The notes under the pieces are model-generated. The model was not told where the DNA came from. It was given only the letters and a program-made list of their open reading frames with translations, and ran no database searches. From positions 11,219 to 75,218 of the forward strand of contig JBEKXN010000002.1 of NCBI GenBank assembly GCA_049511835.1: DNA of 64,000 nt. The letters are read 5' to 3'. Source of the DNA: Verrucomicrobiota bacterium. GTDB taxonomy: Bacteria; Verrucomicrobiota; Verrucomicrobiia; Limisphaerales; UBA11358. Made by a program: the position numbers and the translations under genes. This document shows, piece after piece, positions 1-9,854 of this stretch (positions are counted from its first letter, which is position 1; every line of letters begins with the position of its first letter).

Positions 1-1287
1 GTCGCGCGGAAGCTGGGCATGAAGGTCGAGGAATTCGCCGTCGGTTTCGGCCCGAAAATTCACAGTTGGAAGCGCGAGGGCATTGAATACTCGATCCGTT
101 GGATTCCGGCCGGCGGTTTTGTGAAGCTGCCCCAAATGGTTACCGCCGAGGCGCTCGAAGGCCAGTCGGTGGAAGAAGTTCCGCCGGCGCCGCCCGGGCA
201 CAAAATTCTCGTCGCCGCCGCCGGGCCGTTCATGAATGTGGTTTTTGCGTTCGCCATCGCCACGGTCATTTATTTTGTCGGCCTGCCGGTGCCGGTCAGT
301 CCGCCAATTATCGGCAATGTTGATCCTGATTCTCCGGAAGGCAGGTTGGGGATTCGTGAAGGTGACCGGGTGGTCATGGTGGATAAAAAACCCATAAAAT
401 CGTGGGAGGATGTCATGGAGTCCACGATGCTTGCCCGCACAAACTTGATTCCGGTGGTTATTGAACATGGCGGCGTCTCGAACACTTACAACCTGACCGC
501 CACGGTCAATGAAGTTATCGGCCTGAAAACTCTGAACCTCGACCCGCGCGAACATCCTGTGGTCGGCGCGGTGGAAGGTGGCATGCCGGCGGCGGCGGCG
601 GGCTTGCAGGCAGGTGACAAGATTCTATCTGTAAATGGAATTCCCGTGCCCGGCCAGAAACAGATGATTGAGTTGATTTCAAAATCAGCAGGCAAGCCGT
701 GTGAAATTATTTTCGACCGCAAAAATGAAAAGAAGAGCGTGACCATAACGCCGCAATACGATCCAGCTAATAAACGCGCCCGGATTGGCATCATCTTTAG
801 TGCGGGTGTCTACGAGGTGCAGTACCCGACACCTTGGGCGCAGGTCAAGGACGTTTGTGCGAAGATGGTCAGCCTTTTCAGCGCGTTGGCGCACTCCAAA
901 CAGACCGGTGTGGGCGCAAAAGATTTGGCCGGGCCGGTCGGCATCCTCGCCATGCTCGCCAGCGCGGTGAATAGTGACTATCGCTTGGCTTTGAGTTTCC
1001 TGGTGCTGCTCAACATCAACCTCGCGATCATCAATTTGCTGCCGATTCCCGTGCTCGACGGCGGACACATTTTAATGGCGATCATTGAAAAAATCCGCCG
1101 CCAGCCTTTGAGCATCAGATTTGTTGAATACACCACGACCGGCTTCGCGGTGTTGTTGATTGGCTTCATGCTTTACATCACGGTTTTTGGAGACATCAAA
1201 CGGTTTTCGCTCTATCGCGCGATGTTCAAAAACGACGTGCAAATCCAGCAATCGGCGCAGCCAGCGGCAACCGTGCCGGCAAAATAA
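1..1287 (+). CDS. rseP: RIP metalloprotease RseP (M50 site-2 protease), 5' end cut by window edge
   Basis: The frame is open from nt 1 (VARKLG precedes the ORF-track Met at 19). Contains FAVGFGPKI..IRWIPAGGFVKL, a PDZ-like middle region and the C-terminal NLLPIPVLDGGH motif. Confidence 0.9.
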   Translation, partial: VARKLGMKVEEFAVGFGPKIHSWKREGIEYSIRWIPAGGFVKLPQMVTAEALEGQSVEEVPPAPPGHKILVAAAGPFMNVVFAFAIATVIYFVGLPVPVSPPIIGNVDPDSPEGRLGIREGDRVVMVDKKPIKSWEDVMESTMLARTNLIPVVIEHGGVSNTYNLTATVNEVIGLKTLNLDPREHPVVGAVEGGMPAAAAGLQAGDKILSVNGIPVPGQKQMIELISKSAGKPCEIIFDRKNEKKSVTITPQYDPANKRARIGIIFSAGVYEVQYPTPWAQVKDVCAKMVSLFSALAHSKQTGVGAKDLAGPVGILAMLASAVNSDYRLALSFLVLLNINLAIINLLPIPVLDGGHILMAIIEKIRRQPLSIRFVEYTTTGFAVLLIGFMLYITVFGDIKRFSLYRAMFKNDVQIQQSAQPAATVPAK

Positions 1288-1294
1288 TTTCCCC

Positions 1295-3157
1295 ATGCGC
1301 TACTGCGAATCCCCGTTTTTCCATCACCGGCGAAAGACCCGCGAGGTCGTCATCGGCGATCCGGCACACGGCGGGGTCATCATCGGGGGCGACCATCCCG
1401 TCGTGAAGCAGTCCATGCTCACGTGCGACACGATGGACACCGCTGAATGCGTGAAGCAGACGCTTGAGCTCGTTACCGTCGGCTGCCAGCTCGTCCGCAT
1501 CACCGCGCCGACGGTGAAGGACGCGGCGAATTTACAGCACATCGTTGCCGAACTGCGCCAGCGCGGTTGCCTGGTGCCGATAGTTGCTGACATCCATTTC
1601 AAGCCCGAAGCCGCAATGGAAGCGGTGAAATGGGTTGAGGTGGTGCGCGTCAATCCCGGCAATTACGCCGACTCGAAGAAATTTGCGACCAAGGAATACA
1701 CGGACGAGCAATACACCGCCGAGTTGAAGCGCATTGAGGAGAAATTCACGCCGCTCGTGCTGGAATGCATCCGCCGGAAACGCTGTCTGCGCATCGGCAC
1801 CAACCACGGCTCATTAAGCGACCGGATCATGAACCGCTACGGCGACACGCCGCTGGGCATGATCGAGAGCGCGCTGGAATTCGCCCGCATCTGCCGCAAG
1901 CACAACTTCCACAACTTCAAGTTCTCGATGAAGGCGAGCAATCCCAAGGTGATGATTGAGTGCTACCGGCTGTTGGTCGCCCGGTTGGAACAGGAAGGAC
2001 CGGATTGGAATTATCCAATTCATCTTGGCGTCACTGAAGCGGGCGAGGGCGAGGACGGTCGCATCAAGAGCGCCATCGGCATCGGTTCGCTGTTGTGTGA
2101 CGGTTTGGGCGACACGATTCGTGTCTCGCTCACGGAGGATTCGCCGCGGGAAATCGAGGTCTGCACCGATTTGCTGGCGCAGATTCCCCAACTGTCGAAT
2201 TCCGAACTCCGAATTCCGAACTCCGAATTTCCATTTGACCCGTTCCACTTCGAACGTCGTGAAACGCTGGAAATCGAATTGAACGGGCAGGTCAAATGCG
2301 GCGGCGAACAACTCATCCGTGTCGTGGTCACGCGCGCGACGTGGGACAAGGTCGCGCCGAAGATTCGCCCGAAAGACGACGTGAAACCGGAGGCGGTTTA
2401 CGAAGACCTGAACATTGCCGAGATTGATCCCACTCAGGATTTTGAAATCAACCCCGACTCTGCGTCGGGGCTCGTCACCGTCAAAGACGGTGTCTCGCTG
2501 CCTGTGATTACCGCGTTTCGTCTGCTCGCCGCGAAGTTGAAACGCCTGGGCCGGAACAATCCAATTTTGCTAAAGGATTGCTTGGGCTTTGGTGGTAGCC
2601 GCGGATGTGAATCCGCGGACTCATTCTCCGCGGCAAATCCGCCGATTCACATCGGCGGCTACGAAGGTGTGCTTGAACCGAAGATTGCTTTGTTGCGGGC
2701 GTCGGTGGTCATCGGTTCACTGTTGGCGGACGGCATTGGCGATGCGATTTTGATTCGCGGCGAGGCCGGCGGTGGACAATCACTGCGGCTGGCTTACAAC
2801 CTGTTGCAGGCGGCGGGTTGCCGTTCGTTCAAGACCGATTATGTGGCGTGCCCAAGTTGCGGACGTACGCTGTTCAATCTTCAGACCGTCACGGCACGTA
2901 TCAAGGCGCGCACGGAGCATCTCAAGGGCGTGAAGATAGCCATCATGGGCTGCATCGTGAACGGCCCGGGCGAGATGGCCGACGCGGATTTCGGCTACGT
3001 GGGCGGCGCGCCCGGCAAGATCAATCTCTATGTCGGCAAGCAGGCCATTAAATTCAACATCCCCGAAGCCGAAGCCGTGGACCGGCTGGTGGACCTGATC
3101 AAAGAGCACGGCAAGTGGGTGGAGCCGGAGGCGAAGGCCGGGATAATCTTCAAATAA
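1295..3157 (+). CDS. ispG: 4-hydroxy-3-methylbut-2-enyl diphosphate synthase IspG, long form with insert domain
   Basis: Start moved to ATG 1295 because the ORF-track start at 1160 overlaps rseP. Shows an N-terminal TIM-barrel signature (VKQSMLTCDT, ADIHFKPEAA, NPGNY). The C-terminal Fe-S domain has CPSCGRT...GCIVNGPGE. Confidence 0.92.
   Translation: MRYCESPFFHHRRKTREVVIGDPAHGGVIIGGDHPVVKQSMLTCDTMDTAECVKQTLELVTVGCQLVRITAPTVKDAANLQHIVAELRQRGCLVPIVADIHFKPEAAMEAVKWVEVVRVNPGNYADSKKFATKEYTDEQYTAELKRIEEKFTPLVLECIRRKRCLRIGTNHGSLSDRIMNRYGDTPLGMIESALEFARICRKHNFHNFKFSMKASNPKVMIECYRLLVARLEQEGPDWNYPIHLGVTEAGEGEDGRIKSAIGIGSLLCDGLGDTIRVSLTEDSPREIEVCTDLLAQIPQLSNSELRIPNSEFPFDPFHFERRETLEIELNGQVKCGGEQLIRVVVTRATWDKVAPKIRPKDDVKPEAVYEDLNIAEIDPTQDFEINPDSASGLVTVKDGVSLPVITAFRLLAAKLKRLGRNNPILLKDCLGFGGSRGCESADSFSAANPPIHIGGYEGVLEPKIALLRASVVIGSLLADGIGDAILIRGEAGGGQSLRLAYNLLQAAGCRSFKTDYVACPSCGRTLFNLQTVTARIKARTEHLKGVKIAIMGCIVNGPGEMADADFGYVGGAPGKINLYVGKQAIKFNIPEAEAVDRLVDLIKEHGKWVEPEAKAGIIFK
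2195..2232. repeat. 14-bp tandem repeat GAATTCCGAACTCC (about 2.5 copies), in frame inside ispG
   Basis: Read directly: tcgaattccgaactccgaattccgaactccgaatttcc, translated as SNSELRIPNSEF. Related CCGAAYTCCGA strings occur at 16120, 18541, 25731 and 60306. Confidence 0.8.
2595..2661. repeat. Double-hairpin REP-like element with GTAGC...GCTAC ends, in frame inside ispG
   Basis: GTAGCCGCGGATGTGAATCCGCGGAC...AATCCGCCGATTCACATCGGCGGCTAC contains two perfect 8-bp-stem hairpins. A related string (cacatccgcggac...aatccgcc) lies at 34555-34590. Confidence 0.7.
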
Positions 3158-3187
3158 ATTTCAAACGTTCGGAGAAGGAAAAATTCT

Positions 3188-5782
3188 TCAGGAATGATTG
3201 TTTTCAGAGTTCCCATGAAGCACTTCATGCAGTGTATTAAGAATGGTCTCAGCGGTGTAGGGCTTGGGAATAAAATGCTGGATGCCGGTGTTCTTTACCA
3301 TGGCCAGGCCACCGTCGGAGGCCAGGCCGGTTGAACTGACGATCCTGACTCCCGCATTGATGGCTTTGAGGGCAACAACGGTGGCCGGGCCATCCATGAT
3401 GGGCATGGCCATGTCAGTGATGACCACGTCGATTTCCTTCTGCCGGGGTGCGTACACAGAGACGGCTTCAGCGCCATCAGCCGCGAGCAGGACGCGGTAA
3501 CCAAAACGGGTCAGCACTTTTTGCGCAAGGTTGCGGATCGGCTCCTCGTCATCCACGACCAGCACCAGTTCATTATGGCCGTGCGGCAGTTTGGATTGTT
3601 CGATTTCCTCGTCTTTCAATTCATCCAGCGTGGTGTTGGCTGGGAAATAGACTTCGAACACGGTGCCCTTGCCCGTGGTGCTGTGATAATTGATGAAACC
3701 GCCGTGACCCTTGACGATGGCCAAAGTGGTGGACAAACCCAGCCCGGTGCCTTTGCCGAGTGCTTTGGTGGTAAAGAAAGGATCAAATATCTTGTCCTGT
3801 ATCGCCTTCGGAATTCCCGTGCCGGTGTCCTCCACTTTGATACGCACGTACGGGCCGGGCCGGGCTTCCAGATTCATGCCGGCATAGACTTCGTCGAACA
3901 TCACATTTTCCATGTGGATGACCAGGGTGCCGCCTTTGGGCATGGCGTCGCGTGCGTTGACACAGAGATTCAACAGGACCTGGTGGATTTGGGTCGGGTC
4001 GCCGATGATGGTCCAGAGGTCGTCGGGTGAATGGAATTCAAACTTCACTGATTTGGGGAAGGTTTCATGGACAATCTGTTTGATTTCGCGGGCGACGTGA
4101 GCGGGATAAACCATGGTGCGCTCGCCGGTGACCCCGCGTCCGAAAGCCAGCACTTGTTTCACGAGGCTCGCACCGCGCCGGACGTTGGTTTCCAGAACGC
4201 GCAGCAGTTGTTGCCCGTCGTCATCGGTGATTTTTTCCTTTAACATCTGCACCGCGACGAGGAGTGGTGTCAGCACGTTGTTGAGGTCGTGGGCGATGCC
4301 GCCCGCCAGGGTGCCAATGCTTTCCATGCGTTGAGAGCGCAGGAACTGGGTTTCGAACTTCTTCTTTTCGGTGATGTCGCTGAAAAGAAAAAGCAGGTGC
4401 GGTTCGTCACCCCGGACAAAGGGACTGAATTGACAGACCAGCCAGATTTCCTTGCCGAAGGTGCTGACAAAATGGGATTCACACTGCTGCGGGCTTCCGG
4501 TGGCCAGGGTTTTTTCCGCCAGCTTGAGCAGGCCCGAATTGCGCCACGATTCGAGCTGCCGGAAATCCTGGTTCAAAAGTTGGGACACAGTGGCATTGAC
4601 CGTCCGGGCGGCGGCCTCGTTGGCCAATACGCATTGACCGGACGCCTTGTAGACGAGGATCCCCACGGGAGCGTCCGAGATAATTTTCCGGTTGAAATCG
4701 AGCGTCTCAGCCAGGGAGTGCTCCATCCGCTTGCGTTCGGTGATGTCCTGGAGGGTGGAGCGGATGCCGATAACGCGCCCGTCGTCGTCGTAAAGAATCC
4801 GGTTCTCAATCAGGACCGGCAGAAAGGCCCCATCCTTTCGCCGATAGTTTCGTTCCACCAACTCGGTCGCCGGCGTTTTCCCCGCCAGCCGGGCCATGAC
4901 CGCTTCTCTGGCTTTCTCCCGTTCGGCAACAAAGTCCCACATGAAATGCCCCACCATTTCTTCGGTGGTATATCCCAGCATGACCAGTTCAGTGCGATTA
5001 ACCCTGGTGATGCGTCCCGCCTCATCCAACTCGTGATAGCCCACCGGAGCGTCTTCAAACAACGACTCAAATTGTATTTTGCTCTCTTTGAACTCCTTCT
5101 CCGTCCGCTTGCGCTCAGTAATATCTTCTTTGACGGCCAGAAAATGAGCGATGTGGCCGGCCGCGTCGTAAATCGGGGAAATGGAAGCCCACTCCCAATA
5201 AAGTTCACCGTTCTTCTTCCGGTTATGAAATTCTCCGCGCCACTCCCCGCCAGCGACGATCGTTTCCCACAGTCGCTTGTAATTCCCCGGCGGCATTTCA
5301 CCCGACTTCAAAATGCGGGGATTTTTGCCGATCACTTCCCTGGCCGAATAGCCCGTCACCTCCATGAACTTCGGGTTGACATATTCGATGTTGCCGGCCT
5401 TGTCGGTGATGATAATGGAAACCGGACTATGTTCGATGGCAAGCGACAATTTGCGGACTTCTTCATCCGCCTGCTTGCGCTGCCAAATCACGAAGGCCAT
5501 CACCCACAACACGCTGACGCCCATCAAACGGCTGAACATTGCAAAATGGGGGTCAACCCCCGGCGGGGAAAAAATGAACCCTGCCAGCATCAGCAGCGAG
5601 AAAACGGCGGCGAGCAAAATGGGTAAAAGCCGGCCGCCGACATAAACCGATAACAGCAGGGGAATGAAATAGTAAACCCAGTCGGAGATTCCCCAAGGGC
5701 TGGTCAGATCCAAAACAAACCCCCCAATGGCAAAAATGGGGATTGCCACAAGAGCAACCGTTCTAAGTCGCGCAGCGGTCAT
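3188..5782 (-). CDS. Membrane-bound multi-PAS hybrid sensor histidine kinase with C-terminal receiver
   Basis: N-terminal TM helices and three PAS-like blocks ending DITERK. H-box GIAHDLNNVLTPL. HATPase motifs DTGTGI and GTGLGL. Receiver region VLVVDDEEPIR...ITDMAMPIMDG. Confidence 0.9.
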   Translation of the reverse strand: MTAARLRTVALVAIPIFAIGGFVLDLTSPWGISDWVYYFIPLLLSVYVGGRLLPILLAAVFSLLMLAGFIFSPPGVDPHFAMFSRLMGVSVLWVMAFVIWQRKQADEEVRKLSLAIEHSPVSIIITDKAGNIEYVNPKFMEVTGYSAREVIGKNPRILKSGEMPPGNYKRLWETIVAGGEWRGEFHNRKKNGELYWEWASISPIYDAAGHIAHFLAVKEDITERKRTEKEFKESKIQFESLFEDAPVGYHELDEAGRITRVNRTELVMLGYTTEEMVGHFMWDFVAEREKAREAVMARLAGKTPATELVERNYRRKDGAFLPVLIENRILYDDDGRVIGIRSTLQDITERKRMEHSLAETLDFNRKIISDAPVGILVYKASGQCVLANEAAARTVNATVSQLLNQDFRQLESWRNSGLLKLAEKTLATGSPQQCESHFVSTFGKEIWLVCQFSPFVRGDEPHLLFLFSDITEKKKFETQFLRSQRMESIGTLAGGIAHDLNNVLTPLLVAVQMLKEKITDDDGQQLLRVLETNVRRGASLVKQVLAFGRGVTGERTMVYPAHVAREIKQIVHETFPKSVKFEFHSPDDLWTIIGDPTQIHQVLLNLCVNARDAMPKGGTLVIHMENVMFDEVYAGMNLEARPGPYVRIKVEDTGTGIPKAIQDKIFDPFFTTKALGKGTGLGLSTTLAIVKGHGGFINYHSTTGKGTVFEVYFPANTTLDELKDEEIEQSKLPHGHNELVLVVDDEEPIRNLAQKVLTRFGYRVLLAADGAEAVSVYAPRQKEIDVVITDMAMPIMDGPATVVALKAINAGVRIVSSTGLASDGGLAMVKNTGIQHFIPKPYTAETILNTLHEVLHGNSENNHS

Positions 5783-5941
5783 AAGCCATGGTGTCCCTAA
5801 GTTAAATCTAAATATACGTTATTATTATCGCTTAAGCAAGGTGAATCTTCTTAGTATTCTTAAAAGTGGCCCATGACCCGGGGCCAATAACGCTTGCCAA
5901 ATGCGCGCACTGCATTAAAGTGTGCGGCCACTTTTCAATTT

Positions 5942-6283
5942 ATGGACATATATCGCGCAAGCGGAATTTTAGCGGACGTAACTGCGCCGCCGGCGGCTCA
6001 ACCGCAGCCGCCCGTTTGGATGACGTTTGCCCCGATGATTCTGCTGGTCATTGTGTTTTACTTCATTTTGATCCGTCCGCAGCAGCAGCGCACCAAGCAG
6101 CAGGCCAAATTGATTGCCAGCCTCAAATCGGGCGACAAAGTCGTCACGTCCAGCGGCATCGTCGGCGTTGTCATCACGGTGAAGGACCGGACGGTGTCAC
6201 TCCGTTCGATGGACGCCAAAATGGAAGTCACCAAATCTTCAGTCACGGAAATCCTTGAAGGCGGCGATGCCGTAGAATCCTGA
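5942..6283 (+). CDS. yajC: Preprotein translocase subunit YajC
   Basis: PMILLVIVFYFILIRPQQQRTKQQAKLIASLKSGDKVVTSSGIVGVV is a typical YajC sequence. The start is uncertain: ATG 5942 or the ORF-track start at 5894. Confidence 0.85.
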   Translation: MDIYRASGILADVTAPPAAQPQPPVWMTFAPMILLVIVFYFILIRPQQQRTKQQAKLIASLKSGDKVVTSSGIVGVVITVKDRTVSLRSMDAKMEVTKSSVTEILEGGDAVES

Positions 6284-6290
6284 GCCAACC

Positions 6291-8852
6291 ATGAGCCGAA
6301 ACAATCCCTGGATAGTTCTTTTTGTTGTTCTGATCGTCTGCTGGTCGTTTTACGAAATGTATCCGCCGACGTCGCGCAGCCTGGTGCAGGAGTTTGAAAC
6401 GCGGGCGGTGAACCGGGACACGAACTTTACGGGCATCGTGCAGCGGGTCCAGCCGTTGCAGCAGGCGCGGCCTGAACGCGAGTTCGCCAATTTGCAGGAG
6501 GCCATCGGCACGAACAGCATCGTGCCGTATTTCCCGTTTATCAACACCACCAACCAGGTGCATCCCAATGTTTTCATCCTGAACCAGCTTCAGCGCGATG
6601 CGTCGGGCAAAATCAAGCTGGGACTGGACTTGCGCGGTGGCACATCGTTCCTCGTGGAAATGGACACCAACCAACTGATTTATGTCGAGACGGTCACCAA
6701 CACCGACGGCACGGTCACCACGACGACCAACATGGCCCGGGCGGAAGGCGCGCTGTCCCAGGCGGTCGAGGTGTTGCGCAAGCGCGTGGACGCTTTCGGT
6801 GTGGCCGAACCCATCATTCAACCGGCGGGCGCCAACCGTATTTTGATCCAGTTGCCCGGTCTGTCGGAAGCCGTCAAGGCGGAAGCCCAGACCAACATCC
6901 AGAAATCCGCGTATCTGGAATTCCGAATGGTGAAGGAAGACAGTGATGAAATCATCAGGAACAACGAGCCGATTCCGCCCGGATACGAGAAGCTCCGGCG
7001 CATTGAGCAGCAGCCCAATGGCCCGCCGGTCGTCGAAGAGGTCATCGTCAAGAAAAAGCCGGAGCATGGTTTGGCCGGGGACATTGTTGACAACGCCATG
7101 GCGGTGCGCGGCAATCTGGGCGAGCCGCAGATTGAATTCCGGCTGAACCGGGAAGGCGCGAAACGTTTCGGCGAGGTGACCCGAAACAACATCGGACAAC
7201 GGCTGGCCATCATCTTGGACGGCGAGTTGTATTCCGCGCCGGTCATCCAAAGCGCGATTGAAACAGGCAGCGGCCAGATCACCGGGCACTTTACAACCGA
7301 ACAGGCCCTGCAACTGGCCAACGTCCTGCAAAACCCGCTCCGCGCCCCGCTCAGAATTGATTCTTCCTATGATGTGGACCCGACGCTCGGCGCCGATTCG
7401 ATTCGCAGCGGCATCCGCGCTTCCGTGATGGGTGTCATCTTTGTTTCCGCGTTCATGCTTTGCTATTATCTGCTCGCGGGCGTCGTGGCAAATGTCGCGC
7501 TGGTCACCAACATCATCATCCTGCTCGGGGTGATGTGCTCCATCGGCACAACGCTCACGTTGCCGGGCATTGCGGGCGTGGTGCTCACCGTCGGCATGGC
7601 AGTGGATGCCAACGTGCTGATTTACGAGCGCATCCGCGAGGAACTGGCCAAGGGCAAATCGCTGCGCGGCGCCGTCGCCGCCGGTTATGCCCGCGCCTTC
7701 GGCACGATTTTCGACTCGCATGTCACGACGCTGATTTCCTCGATCATTTTGATTTTCATGGGCACGGGTGAAATCAAGGGGTTCGGTGTCACGCTGACCA
7801 TTGGCGTGGCCGCCAGCCTGTTCACCGCGCTGGTGGTGACGCGGCTCATCTTCAATTTTCTGCTCGACCACAACTGGATCAAATCACTGCGGATGTTTCA
7901 CCTCATTCGCGCCACCAAACTCGACTTTATGAGTCTCGCCAAGCCGGCGTTCATTTTGACCTGGACGATTATCCTCATCGGCATGGGCTACGGAATTTTT
8001 GACCGCGGCTCGAAATTGTTCGGCGTGGATTTCGCCGGCGGCGACAGCACGACGTTCAGCTTTCACCAAAAAGTAGATGTGGAGCAAATCCGCGCCGCGT
8101 TGACACAAGTCGGTGAAAAGGATTCGCAAATCCAATATCAAAAAGACGTGGCTGGCAGCGGCGCCGAGACGCTCCGCGTGACCACGTCAACCGGCTCCGC
8201 CAAAAAAATCGAGCAGGCCCTATCCAGTCAATTTCCGCAAGCGCAGTTCAAAACCATCGGCCAGCAGAGCGTCGGCGCGGTGGTGGGCGACGAAATCAAA
8301 CGCTCGGCCATCATCGCCTCGTTGCTGTCGTTGTTCGGCATTCTGATTTATGTGGCGTTCCGTTACGAATTTTACTTCGCCGTCGGCGCGGTCGTCGCGG
8401 TCATTCACGACGTGTTTATGACGATTGGCTGTTATTGCATTGCCAACGGCATTTCGGGCCGCGAATTCAACGCCACGGTCGTTGCGGCGATTCTGACCAT
8501 CATTGGCTTCTCCACTAATGACACCATCGTGATTTTTGACCGCATCCGGGAAGACCTGAAGCTCGGCGTGCGCGGCACGTTCAAGGAAATCATCAACCAG
8601 GCGCTCAATCAAACCTTGAGCCGGACGCTGATCACCTCGGGCACGGTGTTTCTGGCCACAACGGCGCTTTACATTTTTGGCGGTGGCGTCATCAACGACT
8701 TCGCATTCACGTTCCTCATCGGCATCCTTACCGGCACGTACTCGAGCATCTACATCGCCAGCGCGCTGGTGTTGTGGTTGCACAAGGGTGAGCGTCCGTC
8801 CATCGGCGGCTCGCAGGTGACGATGCAAAACACGACGACGGCGCGCGTCTGA
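6291..8852 (+). CDS. secDF: Protein translocase SecDF fusion
   Basis: 853 aa with a large periplasmic domain followed by two 6-TM blocks (DANVLIYERIREE.. and NDTIVIFDRIRED..). Sits directly after yajC. Confidence 0.93.
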   Translation: MSRNNPWIVLFVVLIVCWSFYEMYPPTSRSLVQEFETRAVNRDTNFTGIVQRVQPLQQARPEREFANLQEAIGTNSIVPYFPFINTTNQVHPNVFILNQLQRDASGKIKLGLDLRGGTSFLVEMDTNQLIYVETVTNTDGTVTTTTNMARAEGALSQAVEVLRKRVDAFGVAEPIIQPAGANRILIQLPGLSEAVKAEAQTNIQKSAYLEFRMVKEDSDEIIRNNEPIPPGYEKLRRIEQQPNGPPVVEEVIVKKKPEHGLAGDIVDNAMAVRGNLGEPQIEFRLNREGAKRFGEVTRNNIGQRLAIILDGELYSAPVIQSAIETGSGQITGHFTTEQALQLANVLQNPLRAPLRIDSSYDVDPTLGADSIRSGIRASVMGVIFVSAFMLCYYLLAGVVANVALVTNIIILLGVMCSIGTTLTLPGIAGVVLTVGMAVDANVLIYERIREELAKGKSLRGAVAAGYARAFGTIFDSHVTTLISSIILIFMGTGEIKGFGVTLTIGVAASLFTALVVTRLIFNFLLDHNWIKSLRMFHLIRATKLDFMSLAKPAFILTWTIILIGMGYGIFDRGSKLFGVDFAGGDSTTFSFHQKVDVEQIRAALTQVGEKDSQIQYQKDVAGSGAETLRVTTSTGSAKKIEQALSSQFPQAQFKTIGQQSVGAVVGDEIKRSAIIASLLSLFGILIYVAFRYEFYFAVGAVVAVIHDVFMTIGCYCIANGISGREFNATVVAAILTIIGFSTNDTIVIFDRIREDLKLGVRGTFKEIINQALNQTLSRTLITSGTVFLATTALYIFGGGVINDFAFTFLIGILTGTYSSIYIASALVLWLHKGERPSIGGSQVTMQNTTTARV

Positions 8853-8864
8853 CGGCGTAAAACC

Positions 8865-9848
8865 ATGCCCGGTTCCGTTGAAATCACGCCGTGGCACTGG
8901 GCGGGTTTCATTCTTTGCGTGCTGATTTTTCTCGCGCTTGATCTCGGCTTGTTTCACCGCCAGGCGCGGGTCGTCAAATTCAAGGAAGCGGCCGCCTGGA
9001 GTGCGGTTTGGTTCGCGCTGGCAATGGCTTTTGCCGGGGCCATGGCGCATTGGCGCGGACGCGAAGAGGCGGTTCAATTCACCACCGGTTATATCATCGA
9101 ACTTTCACTGTCGCTCGACAACATCCTCGTCATCGCGCTCATTTTTGCGTGGTTTCGCATCCCGGTGAAATTTCAGCATCGCCTGCTGTTTTGGGGCATT
9201 CTCGGTGCGCTCGTCATGCGCGGTGCGATGATTGCCGCCGGTGTTGAGTTGATCCATCAATTCGACTGGGTGCTTTATGTTTTTGGCGCGTTTCTCGTTT
9301 GCGCCGGCTTCAAAATGCTTTTTTCCGGCAAGGAAACGGTGCAGCCGGAAAAAAGCCTGGCACTGCGGCTCGCACGAAAATGTTTCGCCGTTGCGCCGGA
9401 CCTTGACGGCCAAAAGTTTTTAACCCGGCTCGACGGCCGCCTGGCCCTCACACCGCTGGCGCTGGTGCTGCTGCTCATCGAGACGACCGATTTGATTTTC
9501 GCCGTGGATTCCGTCCCGGCGGTTTTTTCCGTCACGCGCAAGGCCTTCATCGTTTTTACCTCGAACATTTTTGCCATCATCGGCCTGCGCTCGATGTATT
9601 TTCTGCTGGCCGGCGCGCTCGGTTATTTTCGCCATTTGAAAATCGGTTTGTCGTTCGTGCTCGCCTTTATCGGTGTGAAAATGCTCCTCGATCCGCACGG
9701 TCAGGAGCCGAAAGGGTTTCAGGTCGAAATCCCGACTGGCGTTTCGTTGATGACGGTCGCTACGATCATTGTAATCGCCCTTGTGCTGTCCGTCATGGTC
9801 GCGGAACGGGAGAAACGCACCGGCGCGGACAATTCGTCAAAACCGTAA
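8865..9848 (+). CDS. TerC family integral membrane protein
   Basis: Carries the paired TerC motifs SLSLDNILVIALIF and DLIFAVDSVPAVFSVT and has multiple TM helices. Confidence 0.85.
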   Translation: MPGSVEITPWHWAGFILCVLIFLALDLGLFHRQARVVKFKEAAAWSAVWFALAMAFAGAMAHWRGREEAVQFTTGYIIELSLSLDNILVIALIFAWFRIPVKFQHRLLFWGILGALVMRGAMIAAGVELIHQFDWVLYVFGAFLVCAGFKMLFSGKETVQPEKSLALRLARKCFAVAPDLDGQKFLTRLDGRLALTPLALVLLLIETTDLIFAVDSVPAVFSVTRKAFIVFTSNIFAIIGLRSMYFLLAGALGYFRHLKIGLSFVLAFIGVKMLLDPHGQEPKGFQVEIPTGVSLMTVATIIVIALVLSVMVAEREKRTGADNSSKP

Positions 9849-9854
9849 GCCACA

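Noticed and set aside
1160-1294. ORF-track N-terminal extension of ispG.
   Set aside because: It overlaps the rseP 3' end in another frame. The conserved IspG sequence begins at ATG 1295, right after the rseP stop.
6243-7871. A 542-aa ORF on the minus strand opposite secDF. Similar long antisense ORFs occur at 4289-5626, 13372-14712, 23371-25464, 38196-39326, 49448-50344, 57208-58056, 58926-59831 and 55793-56536.
   Set aside because: These are shadow ORFs typical of GC-rich DNA. Their products are Arg/Ala/Gly/His-rich with no motifs, and each fully overlaps a gene with clear family signatures on the other strand.
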